Shown in pieces: positions 37,440 through 52,100 of a stretch of 64,000 nt of DNA. The notes beneath the pieces were generated by a model. That model saw only the letters and a program-made list of their open reading frames with translations. It ran no database searches and was not told the origin of the DNA. The translations under genes were made by a program, and so were the position numbers. Position 1 is the stretch's first letter. Each line of letters begins with the position of its first letter. The DNA comes from Malacoraja senta (Eukaryota): assembly GCA_038087875.1 (NCBI GenBank), contig CM075991.1:13642001-13706000 (forward strand), in the 5' to 3' direction.

Positions 37440-40400
37440 CCTTGTGATTGAGGCAGTGCAGCGTATGTTCACGAGATTGATCCCTGGGATGGCGGGACTG
37501 TCATATGAGGAAAGATAGAAAAGATTAGGCTTGTATTCACTGGGTTTAGAAGGATGAGGGGGGGGAGGGGGGTCTTATAAAAACTTATAAAATTATAAAA
37601 GGACTGGACAAGCTAGATGCAGGAAAAAGTTCCCCATGTTAGGCGAGTCCAGAACCAGGGGCCACAGTCTTAGAATAAAGGGGAGGTCATTTAAGACTGA
37701 GGTGAGATAACTTTTTCACCCAGTTGTGAATTTATGGAATTCCCTGCCACAGAGGGCAGTGGAGGCCAAATCACTGGATGGATTTAAGAGAGAGTTGGAT
37801 AGAGCTCCAGGGGCTAGTGGAGTCGAGGGATATGGGGAGAAGGCAGGCAAGGGTTATTGATAGGGGTTGATCAGCCATGACTTTAAACTAGAATGGTTGG
37901 GGGGAGGGACTCGAATAGAGAATGCTATTAGACAGTGTGTGAGGCAGGAGGCAGAGAAGGAAAGCACTCAGACCCAACATGTAGGGGGAAAGAAGAAAAC
38001 AATAATAGACGGAGAATAAGAGGTGGTGGGGTTCTTAAATGGGTGAGCAGAGAAACAGAGGGGTGTAAAATGTGGGCGGAAGCAATAGGTAGCAAGGTGA
38101 AAAGTAAAAGTGGCAGGCAGACAAATCCAGGGCAATAATCAAAAAGGGCCACTTTTCAACATAATTGTATAAGGGGTAAGAGCGTTGTAAAAACAAGCCT
38201 GAAGGCTTTGTGTCTCAATGCAAGGAGCATTCGTAATAAGGTGGATGAGTTGAACGTGCAGATAGCAATTAATGATTATGATATAGTTGGGATCACGGAG
38301 ACATGGCTCCAGGGTGACCAAGGCTGGGAGCTGAACATCCAGGGATATTCAATATTCAGGAGGGATAGAGAGAAAGGAAAAGGAGGTGCGGTAGCGTTGC
38401 TGGTTAGAGAGGAGATTAACGCAGTGGAAAGGAAGGACATTAGCTTGGAGGATGTGGAATCGGTATGGGTAGAGCTGCGAAACACTAAGGGGCAGAAAAC
38501 GCTGGTGGGTGTTGTGTACAGGCCACCTAGCAGTAGTAGTGAAGTTGGGGATGGCATCAAACAGGAAATTAGAAATGCGTGTAACAAAGGCAAAACAGTT
38601 ATAATGGGTGACTTCAATCTACATATAGATTGGGTGAATCAAATTGGCAGGGGTGCTGAGGAAGAGGATTTCTTGGAATGTATGCGAGATAGTTATCTAA
38701 ACCAACATGTAGAGGAACCAACGAGAGAGCAGGCTATTCTAGACTGGGTATTGAGTAATGAGGAAGGGTTAGTTAGCAGTCTTGTTGTGCGTGCCCCCTT
38801 GGGCAAGAGTGACCATAATATGGTTGAGTTCTTCATTAGGATGGAGAGTGACATTGTTAATTCAGAAACAACGGTTCTGAACTTAAAGAAAGGTAACTTT
38901 GAGGGTATGAGACGTGAATTGGCCAAGATTGACTGGCAATTAGTTCTAAAAGGGTTGACGGTGGATATGCAATGGAAGGCATTTAAACACTGCATGGATG
39001 AACTACAAAAATTGTGCATCCCAGTTTGGCAAAAGAATAAATCAGGGAAGCTAGTGCATCCGTGGATAACAAGGGAAATCAGGGATAGTATCAAAGCAAA
39101 AGATGATGCGTACAAATTAACTAGAAAAAGCAGCATACCAGAGGACTGGGAGAAATTCAGAGACCAGCAGAGGAGGACAAAGGGCTTAATTAGGAAAGGA
39201 AAATAGATTAAGAAAGGAAACTGGCAGGGAACATAAAAACTGACTGCAAAAGTTTTTATAGATATGTGAAGAGAAAGAGATTGGTTAAAACAAATGTAGG
39301 TCCCTTGCCGTCAGAAACAGGTGAATTGATCATGGGGAACAAGGATATGGCGGACCAATTGAATAACTACTTTGGTTCCGTCTTCACTAAGGAAGACATA
39401 AATAATCTGCTGGAAATAGCAGGGGGCCGCGGGTCACAGGAGATGGAGGAACTGAGTGAAATCCAGGTTAGTCGGGAAATGGTGTTGGGTAAATTGAATG
39501 GATTAAAGGCCGATAAATCACCAGGGCCAGATAGACTGCATCCCAGAGTACTTAAGGAAGTAGCTCCAGAAATAGTGGATGCATTAGTGATAATTTTTCA
39601 AAACTTTAGATTCTGGAGTAGTTCCTGAGGATTGGAGGGTAGCAAACGTAACCCCACTTTTTAAGAAGGGAGGGAGAGAGAAAACGGGGAATTACAGACC
39701 AGTTAGTCTAACATCGGTAGTGGGGAAACTGCTAGAGTCAGTTATTAAAGATGGGATAGCAGCACATTTGGAAAGTGGTGAAATCACTGGACAAAGTCAG
39801 CATGGATTTACGAAAGGTAAATCATGTCTGACGAATCTTATAGAATTTTTCGAGGATGTAACGAGTAGAGTGGATAGGGGAGAACCAGTGGATGTGTTGT
39901 ATCTGGACTTTTAGAAGGCTTTTGACAAGGTACCACATAAGAGATTAGGATACAAACTTAAATCACACAGTATTGGGGGTTCAGTATTGATGTGGATAGA
40001 GAACTGGCTGGCAAACAAGAAGCAAAGAGTAGGAGTAAACGGGTCCTTTTCACAATGGCAGGCAGTGACTAGTGGGGTACCGCAAGGCTCAGTGCTGGGA
40101 CCCCAGCTATTTACAATTTATATTAATGAACTGGATGAGGGAATTGAAAGCAACATCTCCAAGTTTGCGGATGACACTAAGCTGGGGGGCAGTGTTAGCT
40201 GTGAGGAGGATGCTAGGAGACTGCAAGGTGACTTGGATAGGCTGGGTGAGTGGGCAAATGTTTGGCAGATGCAGTATAATGTGGATAAATGTCAGGTTAT
40301 CCACTTTGGTGGCAAAAACGGGAAGGCAGACTATTATCTAAATGGTGGCCGATTAGGAAATGGGGAGATGCAGCGAGACCTGGGTGTCATGGTACACCAG

Positions 40401-41166
40401 TCATTGAAAGTAGGCATGCAGGTGCAGCAGGCAGTGAAGAAAGCGAATGGTATGTTGGCTTTCATAGCAAGAGGATTTGAGTATAGGAGCAGGGAGGTTC
40501 TACTGCAGTTGTACAGGGTCTTGGTGAGACCACACCTGGAGTATTGCATACAGTTTTGGTCTCCAAATCTGAGGAAGGACATTATAGCCATAGAGGGAGT
40601 GCAGAGAAGGTTCACCAGACTGATTCCTGGGATGTCAGGACTTTCATATGAAGAAAGACTGGATAGACTTGGCTTATACTCGCTAGAATTTAGGAGATTG
40701 GGAGGGATCTTATAGAAACGTACAGAATTCTTATGGGGTTGGACAGGCTAGATGCAGGAAGATTGTTCCCGATGTTGGGGAAGTCCAGGACAAGGGGTCA
40801 CAGCTTGAGGATAAGGGGGAAATCCTTTAAGACCGAGATGAGGAAAAACTTTTTCACACAGAGTGGTTAATCTCTGGAACTCTCTGCCACAGAGGGTAGT
40901 TGAGGCCAGTTCATTGGCTATATTTAAGAGGGAGTTAGATGTGGCCCTTGTGGCTAAGGGGATCAGGGGGTATGGAGAGAAGGCAGGTACGGGATACTGA
41001 GTTGGATGATCAGCCATGATCATATTGAATGGCGGTGCAGGCTCGAAGGGCCAAATGGCTTACTCCTGCACCTATTTTCTATTTATCTATGTATATGATC
41101 ACAATGAATGGTGGCGCTGGCTCGAAGGGCCGAATGTACTCCTCCTGCACCTATTTTCTATGTTAC
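37440..41166 (+). mobile_element. CR1 3' fragment (37440-37880, tail 41095-41166) split by a long decayed CR1 ORF2 copy (37881-41094)
   Basis: ORFs 38208-40715 carry EN (CLNARS, GDFN, SDH) and RT (KFADD) motifs with stops and frameshifts. The host UTR cagccatga|tcacaatg is split with atga duplicated. Confidence 0.92.
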
Positions 41167-43083
41167 TAAGTTACTCCCGCACTTTGTCTAATTGCAGAGA
41201 AGGAAGTTGGAACATTTCAAACATTAAAATGTTATGTTAATTTGATTTTTCAGCATCAAGTGTACCTGGATTTGGTCTTTATGGATGTCATAGGAAGGTA
41301 AGGTACCTATTTCTAACTCTCTTCAATTTAATGGAATAATTGTGTTACATTATTGATGGCTGTTCCCAATTTGTTTCTTCAACATCGAGGAGCTCGCAGT
41401 CTCTGGTAGAGACCGATGTCGGGAAGCTCCAAAGAACGCAAAAGGTTCGACTAGACCCCGAGTGAGCTGTGATTGAACCCCCCGATGCAGGAGCCCCGAC
41501 ACGGACGGCCCGACCGCCGGCTACGGGAGTCCCGTCAACGGAAGGCTCGAGGCCCCAGACCATGGGAGACCAAAGAAGGAAAGAGTTTGAACTTTGTGTT
41601 CTGTTGTTTTTTATTGGTATGAGTGGATGGTAAATGATATTCCTCGTGTTGCAAACATAAATTTTTTGCAACACGTGCCACCCCATGCTTCAATTGTGAG
41701 TAAACACAGTGCTGGAGGAACTTGGTGGGTTTGACAACCTCTGAAGAAATGGACAGATGACTAATTGGGGCGGGAGCTCTCAGTCTGAAATATGGGGGAG
41801 AGCTGGAAATGAGGTGGGGGTTGGGCAATGCCTGACAAGTGATGGGTGGATTACAGGTGATTGGGTGATGGGCAAATGGATGGAGTAAGTGCCAAAGGCT
41901 GAAGGTGAAAGTGATAAAACATGTTGGATAAGGACAAGAACAAGAACTGAAATGTAAAACCAGTGTGAGATGGGGTTGGAAGGTAAAAGGGAAATGTGGA
42001 CAAGGAGTTGAGAGATGAGCATACTTCCCTTCATTAACTAAGTAATAACTCAATAATAATAATAACTAAATAATAATAATAATAACTAAATAATAATAAT
42101 AATGACTAAATAATAATACCAACTAAATAGTAATACCAACTAACTAGTCCTTTCTTGTACGCTCATCTCTCAAACAGACCCATATTCCCTCTCTCTGTTC
42201 CACCCATCTCTCTCCTAGTTTCATATTTCTGTTATCTCCTTATTTGGCATTTTGTCCCTCTCACCTTGAGCCTCTGGCACTCACTCCATCCAAATGCTAA
42301 TCACGCCTCACATGTACCACCTATTTACTTGCTGACTTTGTCCTGCGTGCCTCTGCCAATTTTCACTCTCTTTCATCAGTCTGAGTTAGGTTGCTGACCT
42401 GAGATGTCATCTGTCCATTCCACTTGCAGTCAGGCAGATTGTGCCTGTACTGCTGTATGCCTCCAGCACTTTTGTCTTTGGACAGAGCCATGTTCCCCGG
42501 TTGTAGTTGGCTCCTGTTACAGGGAGTGTGGAGTTTAATATTTTTGACTGAAACTCTGGGGGATTGGGTTTTCCAGGTATTTTTAACCATCTGGACACCA
42601 CTGAATGTTTGTTTATATCTAATGTTCAAATGTCCACGTGAAGAGTAAGGTATCGGGCAACAAGGTTGGGAGAACACTTGTGAAATATAATGGGTATTTG
42701 ATGTAACTGGGGTGTGCTGTGCTTGTAAATTGTGTCAGTGCTGGAGCAACTCGATGGGTGCAGCAACATCGCTGGAGAACATGTATTGGTAATTCTGGGT
42801 AGGGACTCTTCAGACATTAATCTCTTAAGGTAGTCAAAATATATTCGACTACCTTAATATTGGTCCAATCTGTAGGAGTCCTGACTGCAGAGACACAATG
42901 GTCCTGGTTGGAGATACATGTGAAGGCATTGTCCACATGTCCCAAGTGTTTTACCTTGAGGACTAGAATCTTCTCACCCAGGACTGTCCGACCCACTGAG
43001 TTACTCCCACACTTTGTCTAATTGTAGAGAAGGAAGTTGGAACATTTCAATCATTAAAATGTTATGTTAATTAGATTTTTCAG

Positions 43084-43127
43084 CATCAAGTCTACCTGGA
43101 TTTGGTCTTTATGGATGTCATAGGAAG
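43084..43127 (+). ncRNA. Representative 44-nt exon-like cassette present once per monomer
   Basis: tttttcag|catcaagtctacctggatttggtctttatggatgtcataggaag|gtaagg. AG and GT are both intact in 10 of 13 copies. Confidence 0.45.
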
Positions 43128-46100
43128 GTAAGGCACTTATTTCTAACCCTCTTAAGTTTAATGGGATAAATGTGTTACATTATTGATGGCTGTTCCCAAT
43201 TTGTTTCTTCAACATCGAGGAGCTCGCAGTCTCTGGTAGAGACCGATGTCGGGATGCTCCAAAGAACGCAAAAGATTCGACTAGACCCCGAGTGAGCTGT
43301 GATTGAAACCCCCGATGCAGGACCCCCGACACGGACGGCCCGACCCCCGGCTACGGGAGTCAAGATTGTCCCATCAATGGAAGGCTCGAGGCACCAGACC
43401 AAAGAAGGGAAGAGTTTGAACTTTGTGTTCTGTTGCTTTTTATTGGTATGAGTGTATGGTAAATGAAATTCCTCGTGTTGCAAAGCATACTTTTTTTGCA
43501 ACACGAGCCACCCCATGCTTGAATCGTGAGTAAATACACAGTGCTGGAGGAACTTGGTGGGTTTGACAACCTCTGAAGAAATGGGCAGATGACTCATTGG
43601 GTCCGGAGCTCTCAGTCTGAAATATGGGGGAGAGCTAGAAATGAGGTGGGGGTTGGGCACTGCCTGACAAGTGATGGGTGGATTACAGGTGAGTGGGTGA
43701 TGGGCAAATGGATGGAGAAAATGCCAAAGGCTGAAGATGGAAGTGATCAAACATGTTGGATAAGGACAAGAACTGTGAAATGTAAAACCAGGGTGAGGTG
43801 GGGTTGGAAGGTAAAAGGGAAATATGGGACAGTTGAGAGATGAGCATATGTCCCTTCATTAACTAAGTAACAATAATAACTAAACAATAGTAATAACTAA
43901 ATAATAATAATAACAATAATGATAATAACTAAATGATAATAGTAACAATAATGGTAAGAACTAAATAATGATAAGAACTAAATGATAAGAACTAAATAAT
44001 ACCAAGTAACTAGTCCTTTCTTGTACGCTCATCTCTCAAACAGTTCCATATTCCCTCTCTCCCTTCCACCCATATCTCTCCTAGTTTCACTGTTCTCTCC
44101 TTATTTGGCATTTTGAGCCTTTGGCACTCACTCCATCCATATGCTAATCACGCCTCGCATGTACCACCTATTTACTTGCTGACTTTGTCCTGCGTGCCTC
44201 TGCCTCTTTTCACTCTCTTTCATCAGTCTGAGGAAGGTTGCTGACCTGAGATGTCATCTGTCCATTCCACTTGCAGTCAGGCAGATTGTGCCTGAACTGC
44301 TGAATGCCTCCAGCACTTTGTCTTTGGACAGAGCCATATTCCCTGGTTGTAGTTGGCTCCTGTTTCAGGGAATGTAGAGTTTAATATTTTTGACTGAAAC
44401 TCTGGGGTGTTGGGTTTTTCTAGGAATTTTCTAACCATCTCGACAACACTAAATGTTTGTTTATATCTAACGTTTAAATGTCCACATGAAGAGTAATGCA
44501 TCTGGGCAACAAGTTTGGGAGAACACTTGTGAAATATATTGGGTATTTGATGTGCTTGTAAATTGTGTCAGCGCTGGAGCAACTCGATGGGTACAGCAAC
44601 ATCGCTGGAGAACATGGATTGGTAATTCTGGGCTGGGACTCTTCAGACCTTAAACTCTTCAGGTAGTCTAAATATATTCAACTACCTTAATATTGGTCCA
44701 ATCTGTGGGAGTCCTGACTGCAGAGACACAATGGTCCTGGTTGGAGATACATCTCCAGGCATTGTCCACATAAAACGAGGTATTCTAGTTTTACCTTGAG
44801 GACTAGAATCTTCTCACTGAGGACTGTCCGACCCACTAAGTTACTCCCGCACTTTGTCTAATTGTAGAGAAGGAAGTTGGAACATTTCAAACATTAAAAT
44901 GTTATGTTAATTTGATTTTTCAGCATCAAGTGTACCTGGATTTGGTCTTTATGGATGTCATAGGAAGGTAAGGTACCTATTTCTAACTCTCTTCAATTTA
45001 ATGGAATAATTGGGTTACATTATTGATGGCTGTTCCCAATTTGTTTCTTCAACATCGAGGAGCTCGCAGTCTCTGGTAGAGACCGATGTCGGGAAGCTCC
45101 AAAGAACGCAAAAGGTTCGACTAGACCCCGAGTGAGCTGTGATTGAACCCCCCGATGCAGGAGCCCCGACACGGACGGCCCGACCGCCGGCTACGGGAGT
45201 CCCGTCAACGGAAGGCTCGAGGCCCCAGACCATGGGAGACCAAAGAAGGAAAGAGTTTGAACTTTGTGTTCTGTTGTTTTTTATTGGTATGAGTGGATGG
45301 TAAATTATATTCCTCGTGTTGCAAACATAAATTTTTTGCAACACGTGCCACCCCATGCTTCAATTGTGAGTAAATACAGTGCTGGAGGAACTTGGTGGGT
45401 TTGACAACCTCTGAAGAAATGGACAGATGACTAATTGGGGCGGGAGCTCTCAGTCTGAAATATGGGGGAGAGCTGGAAATGAGGTGGGGGTTGGGCAATG
45501 CCTGACAAGTGATGGGTGGATTACAGGTGATTGGGTGATGGGCAAATGGATGGAGTAAGTGCCAAAGGCTGAAGGTGAAAGTGATAAAACATGTTGGATA
45601 AGGACAAGAACAAGAACTGAAATGTAAAACCAGTGTGAGATGGGGTTGGAAGGTAAAAGGGAAATGTGGACAAGGAGTTGAGAGATGAGCATACATCCCT
45701 TCATTAACTAAGTAATAACTAAATAATAATAACTAAATAATAATAATAACTAAATAATAATAATAACTAAATAATAATAATAACTAAATAATAATAATAA
45801 TAACTAAATAATAATACCAACTAAATAGTAATACCAACTAACTAGTCCTTTCTTGTACGCTCATCTCTCAAACAGACCCATATTCCCTCTCTCTGTTCCA
45901 CCCATCTCTCTCCTAGTTTCATATTTCTGTTATCTCCTTATTTGGCATTTTGTCCCTCTCACCTTGAGCCTCTGGCACTCACTCCATCCAAATGCTAATC
46001 ACGCCTCACATGTACCACCTATTTACTTGCTGACTTTGTCCTGCGTGCCTCTGCCAATTTTCACTCTCTTTCATCAGTCTGAGGTAGGTTGCTGACCTGA

Positions 46101-49100
46101 GATGTCATCTGTCCATTCCACTTGCAGTCAGGCAGATTGTGCCTGAGCAGGTGAATGCCTCCAGCACTTTGTCTTTGGACAGAGCCATGTTCCCCGGTTG
46201 TAGTTGGCTCCTGTTACAGGGAGTGTGGAGTTTAATATTTTTGACTGAAACTCTGGGGGATTGGGTTTTCCAGGTATTTTTAACCATCTGGACACCACTG
46301 AATGTTTGTTTATATCTAACGTTCAAATGTCCACGTGAAGAGTAAGGTATCGGGCAACAAGGTTGGGAGAACACTTGTGAAATATAATGGGTATTTGATG
46401 TAACTGGGGTGTGCTGTGCTTGTAAATTGTGTCAGTGCTGGAGCAACTCGATGGGTGCAGCAACATCGCTGGAGAACATGTATTGGTAATTCTGGGTAGG
46501 GACTCTTCAGACATTAATCTCTTAAGGTAGTCAAAATATATTCGACTACCTTAATATTGGTCCAATCTGTAGGAGTCCTGACTGCAGAGACACAATGGTC
46601 CTGGTTGGAGATACATGTGAAGGCATTGTCCACATGTCCCAAGTGTTTTACCTTGAGGACTAGAATCTTCTCACCCAGGACTGTCCGACCCACTGAGTTA
46701 CTCCCACACTTTGTCTAATTGTAGAGAAGGAAGTTGGAACATTTCAATCATTAAAATGTTATGTTAATTAGATTTTTCAGCATCAAGTCTACCTGGATTT
46801 GGTCTTTATGGATGTCATAGGAAGGTAAGGCACTTATTTCTAACCCTCTTAAGTTTAATGGGATAAATGTGTTACATTATTGATGGCTGTTCCCAATTTG
46901 TTTCTTCAACATCGAGGAGCTCGCAGTCTCTGGTAGAGACCGATGTCGGGATGCTCCAAAGAACGCAAAAGATTCAACTAGACCCCGAGTGAGCTGTGAT
47001 TGAAACCCCCGATGCAGGACCCCCGACACGGACGGCCCGACCCCCGGCTACGGGAGTCAAGATTGTCCCATCAATGGAAGGCTCGAGGCACCAGACCAAA
47101 GAAGGGAAGAGTTTGAACTTTGTGTTCTGTTGCTTTTTTTTGGTATGAGTGTATGGTAAATGAAATTCCTCGTGTTGCAAAGCATACTTTTTTTGCAACA
47201 CGAGCCACCCCATGCTTGAATCGTGAGTAAATACACAGTGCTGGAGGAACTTGGTGGGTTCGACAACCTCTGAAGAAATGGGCAGATGACTCATTGGGTC
47301 CAGAGCTCTCAGTCTGAAATACGGGGGAGAGCTAGAAATGAGGTGGGGGTTGGGCACTGCCTGACAAGTGATGGGTGGATTACAGGTGAGTGGGTGATGG
47401 GCAAATGGATGGAGAAAATGCCAAAGGCTGAAGATAGAAGTGATCAAACGTGTTGGATAAGGACAAGAACTGTGAAATGTAAAACCAGGGTGAGGTGGGG
47501 TTGGAAGGTAAAAGGGAAATATGGGACAGTTGAGAGATGAGCATATGTCCCTTCATTAACTAAGTAACAATAATAACTAAACAATAGTAATAACTAAATA
47601 ATAATAATAACAATAATGATAATAACTAAATGATAATAGTAACAATAATGGTAAGAACTAAATAATGATAAGAACTAAATGATAAGAACTAAATAATACC
47701 AAGTAACTAGTCCTTTCTTGTACGCTCATCTCTCAAACAGTTCCATATTCCCTCTCTCCCTTCCACCCATATCTCTCCTAGTTTCATTGTTCTCTCCTTA
47801 TTTGGCATTTTGAGCCTTTGGCACTCACTCCATCCATATGCTAATCACGCCTCGCATGTACCACCTATTTACTTGCTGACTTTGTCCTGCGTGCCTCTGC
47901 CTCTTTTCACTCTCTTTCATCAGTCTGAGGAAGGTTGCTGACCTGAGATGTCATCTGTCCATTCCACTTGCAGTCAGGCAGATTGTGCCTGAACTGCTGA
48001 ATGCCTCCAGCACTTTGTCTTTGGACAGAGCCATATTCCCTGGTTGTAGTTGGCTCCTGTTTCAGGGAATGTAGAGTTTAATATTTTTGACTGAAACTCT
48101 GGGGTGTTGGGTTTTTCTAGGAATTTTCTAACCATCTCGACAACACTAAATGTTTGTTTATATCTAACGTTTAAATGTCCACATGAAGAGTAATGCATCT
48201 GGGCAACAAGTTTGGGAGAACACTTGTGAAATATATTGGGTATTTGATGTGCTTGTAAATTGTGTCAGCGCTGGAGCAACTCGATGGGTACAGCAACATC
48301 GCTGGAGAACATGGATTGGTAATTCTGGGTTGGGACTCTTCAGACCTTAAACTCTTCAGGTAGTCTAAATATATTCAACTACCTTAATATTGGTCCAATC
48401 TGTGGGAGTCCTGACTGCAGAGACACAATGGTCCTGGTTGGAGATACATCTCCAGGCATTGTCCACATAAAACGAGGTATTCTAGTTTTACCTTGAGGAC
48501 TAGAATCTTCTCACTGAGGACTGTCCGACCCACTAAGTTACTCCCGCACTTTGTCTAATTGTAGAGAAGGAAGTTGGAACATTTCAAACATTAAAATGTT
48601 ATGTTAATTTGATTTTTCAGCATCAAGTGTACCTGGATTTGGTCTTTATGGATGTCATAGGAAGGTAAGGTACCTATTTCTAACTCTCTTCAATTTAATG
48701 GAATAATTGGGTTACATTATTGATGGCTGTTCCCAATTTGTTTCTTCAACATCGAGGAGCTCGCAGTCTCTGGTAGAGACCGATGTCGGGAAGCTCCAAA
48801 GAATGCAAAAGGTTCGACTAGACCCCGAGTGAGCTGTGATTGAACCCCCCGATGCAGGAGCCCCGACACGGACGGCCCGACCGCCGGCTACGGGAGTCCC
48901 GTCAACGGAAGGCTCGAGGCCCCAGACCATGGGAGACCAAAGAAGGAAAGAGTTTGAACTTTGTGTTCTGTTGTTTTTTATTGGTATGAGTGGATGGTAA
49001 ATGATATTCCTCGTGTTGCAAACATAAATGTTTTGCAACACGTGCCACCCCATGCTTCAATTGTGAGTAAATACAGTGCTGGAGGAACTTGGTGGGTTTG

Positions 49101-52100
49101 ACAACCTCTGAAGAAATGGACAGATGACTAATTGGGGCGGGAGCTCTCAGTCTGAAATATGGGGGAGAGCTGGAAATGAGGTGGGGGTTGGGCAATGCCT
49201 GACAAGTGATGGGTGGATTACAGGTGATTGGGTGATGGGCAAATGGATGGAGTAAGTGCCAAAGGCTGAAGGTGAAAGTGATAAAACATGTTGGATAAGG
49301 ACAAGAACAAGAACTGAAATGTAAAACCAGTGTGAGATGGGGTTGGAAGGTAAAAGGGAAATGTGGACAAGGAGTTGAGAGATGAGCATACATCCCTTCA
49401 TTAACTAAGTAATAACTAAATAATAATAACTAAATAATAATAATAACTAAATAATAATAATAACTAAATAATAATAATAATAACTAAATAATAATACCAA
49501 CTAAATAGTAATACCAACTAACTAGTCCTTTCTTGTACGCTCATCTCTCAAACAGACCCATATTCCCTCTCTCTGTTCCACCCATCTCTCTCCTAGTTTC
49601 ATATTTCTGTTATCTCCTTATTTGGCATTTTGTCCCTCTCACCTTGAGCCTCTGGCACTCACTCCATCCAAATGCTAATCACGCCTCACATGTACCACCT
49701 ATTTACTTGCTGACTTTGTCCTGCGTGCCTCTGCCAATTTTCACTCTCTTTCATCAGTCTGAGTTAGGTTGCTGACCTGAGATGTCATCTGTCCATTCCA
49801 CTTGCAGTCAGGCAGATTGTGCCTGTACTGCTGTATGCCTCCAGCACTTTTGTCTTTGGACAGAGCCATGTTCCCCGGTTGTAGTTGGCTCCTGTTACAG
49901 GGAGTGTGGAGTTTAATATTTTTGACTGAAACTCTGGGGGATTGGGTTTTCCAGGTATTTTTAACCATCTGGACACCACTGAATGTTTGTTTATATCTAA
50001 TGTTCAAATGTCCACGTGAAGAGTAAGGTATCGGGCAACAAGGTTGGGAGAACACTTGTGAAATATAATGGGTATTTGATGTAACTGGGGTGTGCTGTGC
50101 TTGTAAATTGTGTCAGTGCTGGAGCAACTCGATGGGTGCAGCAACATCGCTGGAGAACATGTATTGGTAATTCTGGGTAGGGACTCTTCAGACATTAATC
50201 TCTTAAGGTAGTCAAAATATATTCGACTACCTTAATATTGGTCCAATCTGTAGGAGTCCTGACTGCAGAGACACAATGGTCCTGGTTGGAGATACATGTG
50301 AAGGCATTGTCCACATGTCCCAAGTGTTTTACCTTGAGGACTAGAATCTTCTCACCCAGGACTGTCCGACCCACTGAGTTACTCCCACACTTTGTCTAAT
50401 TGTAGAGAAGGAAGTTGGAACATTTCAATCATTAAAATGTTATGTTAATTAGATTTTTCAGCATCAAGTCTACCTGGATTTGGTCTTTATGGATGTCATA
50501 GGAAGGTAAGGCACTTATTTCTAACCCTCTTAAGTTTAATGGGATAAATGTGTTACATTATTGATGGCTGTTCCCAATTTGTTTCTTCAACATCGAGGAG
50601 CTCGCAGTCTCTGGTAGAGACCGATGTCGGGATGCTCCAAAGAACGCAAAAGATTCGACTAGACCCCGAGTGAGCTGTGATTGAAACCCCCGATGCAGGA
50701 CCCCCGACACGGACGGCCCGACCCCCGGCTACGGGAGTCAAGATTGTCCCATCAATGGAAGGCTCGAGGCACCAGACCAAAGAAGGGAAGAGTTTGAACT
50801 TTGTGTTCTGTTGCTTTTTATTGGTATGAGTGTATGGTAAATGAAATTCCTCGTGTTGCAAAGCATACTTTTTTTGCAACACGAGCCACCCCATGCTTGA
50901 ATCGTGAGTAAATACACAGTGCTGGAGGAACTTGGTGGGTTTGACAACCTCTGAAGAAATGGGCAGATGACTCATTGGGTCCGGAGCTCTCAGTCTGAAA
51001 TATGGGGGAGAGCTAGAAATGAGGTGGGGGTTGGGCACTGCCTGACAAGTGATGGGTGGATTACAGGTGAGTGGGTGATGGGCAAATGGATGGAGAAAAT
51101 GCCAAAGGCTGAAGATGGAAGTGATCAAACATTTTGGATAAGGACAAGAACTGTGAAATGTAAAACCAGGGTGAGGTGGGGTTGGAAGGTAAAAGGGAAA
51201 TATGGGACAGTTGAGAGATGAGCATATGTCCCTTCATTAACTAAGTAACAATAATAACTAAACAATAGTAATAACTAAATAATAATAATAACAATAATGA
51301 TAATAACTAAATGATAATAGTAACAATAATGGTAAGAACTAAATAATGATAAGAACTAAATGATAAGAACTAAATAATACCAAGTAACTAGTCCTTTCTT
51401 GTACGCTCATCTCTCAAACAGTTCCATATTCCCTCTCTCCCTTCCACCCATATCTCTCCTAGTTTCACTGTTCTCTCCTTATTTGGCATTTTGAGCCTTT
51501 GGCACTCACTCCATCCATATGCTAATCACGCCTCGCATGTACCACCTATTTACTTGCTGACTTTGTCCTGCGTGCCTCTGCCTCTTTTCACTCTCTTTCA
51601 TCAGTCTGAGGAAGGTTGCTGACCTGAGATGTCATCTGTCCATTCCACTTGCAGTCAGGCAGATTGTGCCTGAACTGCTGAATGCCTCCAGCACTTTGTC
51701 TTTGGACAGAGCCATATTCCCTGGTTGTAGTTGGCTCCTGTTTCAGGGAATGTAGAGTTTAATATTTTTGACTGAAACTCTGGGGTGTTGGGTTTTTCTA
51801 GGAATTTTCTAACCATCTCGACAACACTAAATGTTTGTTTATATCTAACGTTTAAATGTCCACATGAAGAGTAATGCATCTGGGCAACAAGTTTGGGAGA
51901 ACACTTGTGAAATATATTGGGTATTTGATGTGCTTGTAAATTGTGTCAGCGCTGGAGCAACTCGATGGGTACAGCAACATCGCTGGAGAACATGGATTGG
52001 TAATTCTGGGCTGGGACTCTTCAGACCTTAAACTCTTCAGGTAGTCTAAATATATTCAACTACCTTAATATTGGTCCAATCTGTGGGAGTCCTGACTGCA

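Noticed and set aside
41880..41912. miR-430/302-like seed (TAAGTGCC) in A monomers
   Set aside because: It lies inside the dispersed-repeat arm (taagtgac in older copies), is absent from B monomers, and has no local pre-miRNA hairpin.
42868..42972. H/ACA snoRNA (hairpin-ACACAA-hairpin-AGA)
   Set aside because: The terminal box is AGA rather than ACA, the first hairpin is too short, and no guide pocket is evident.
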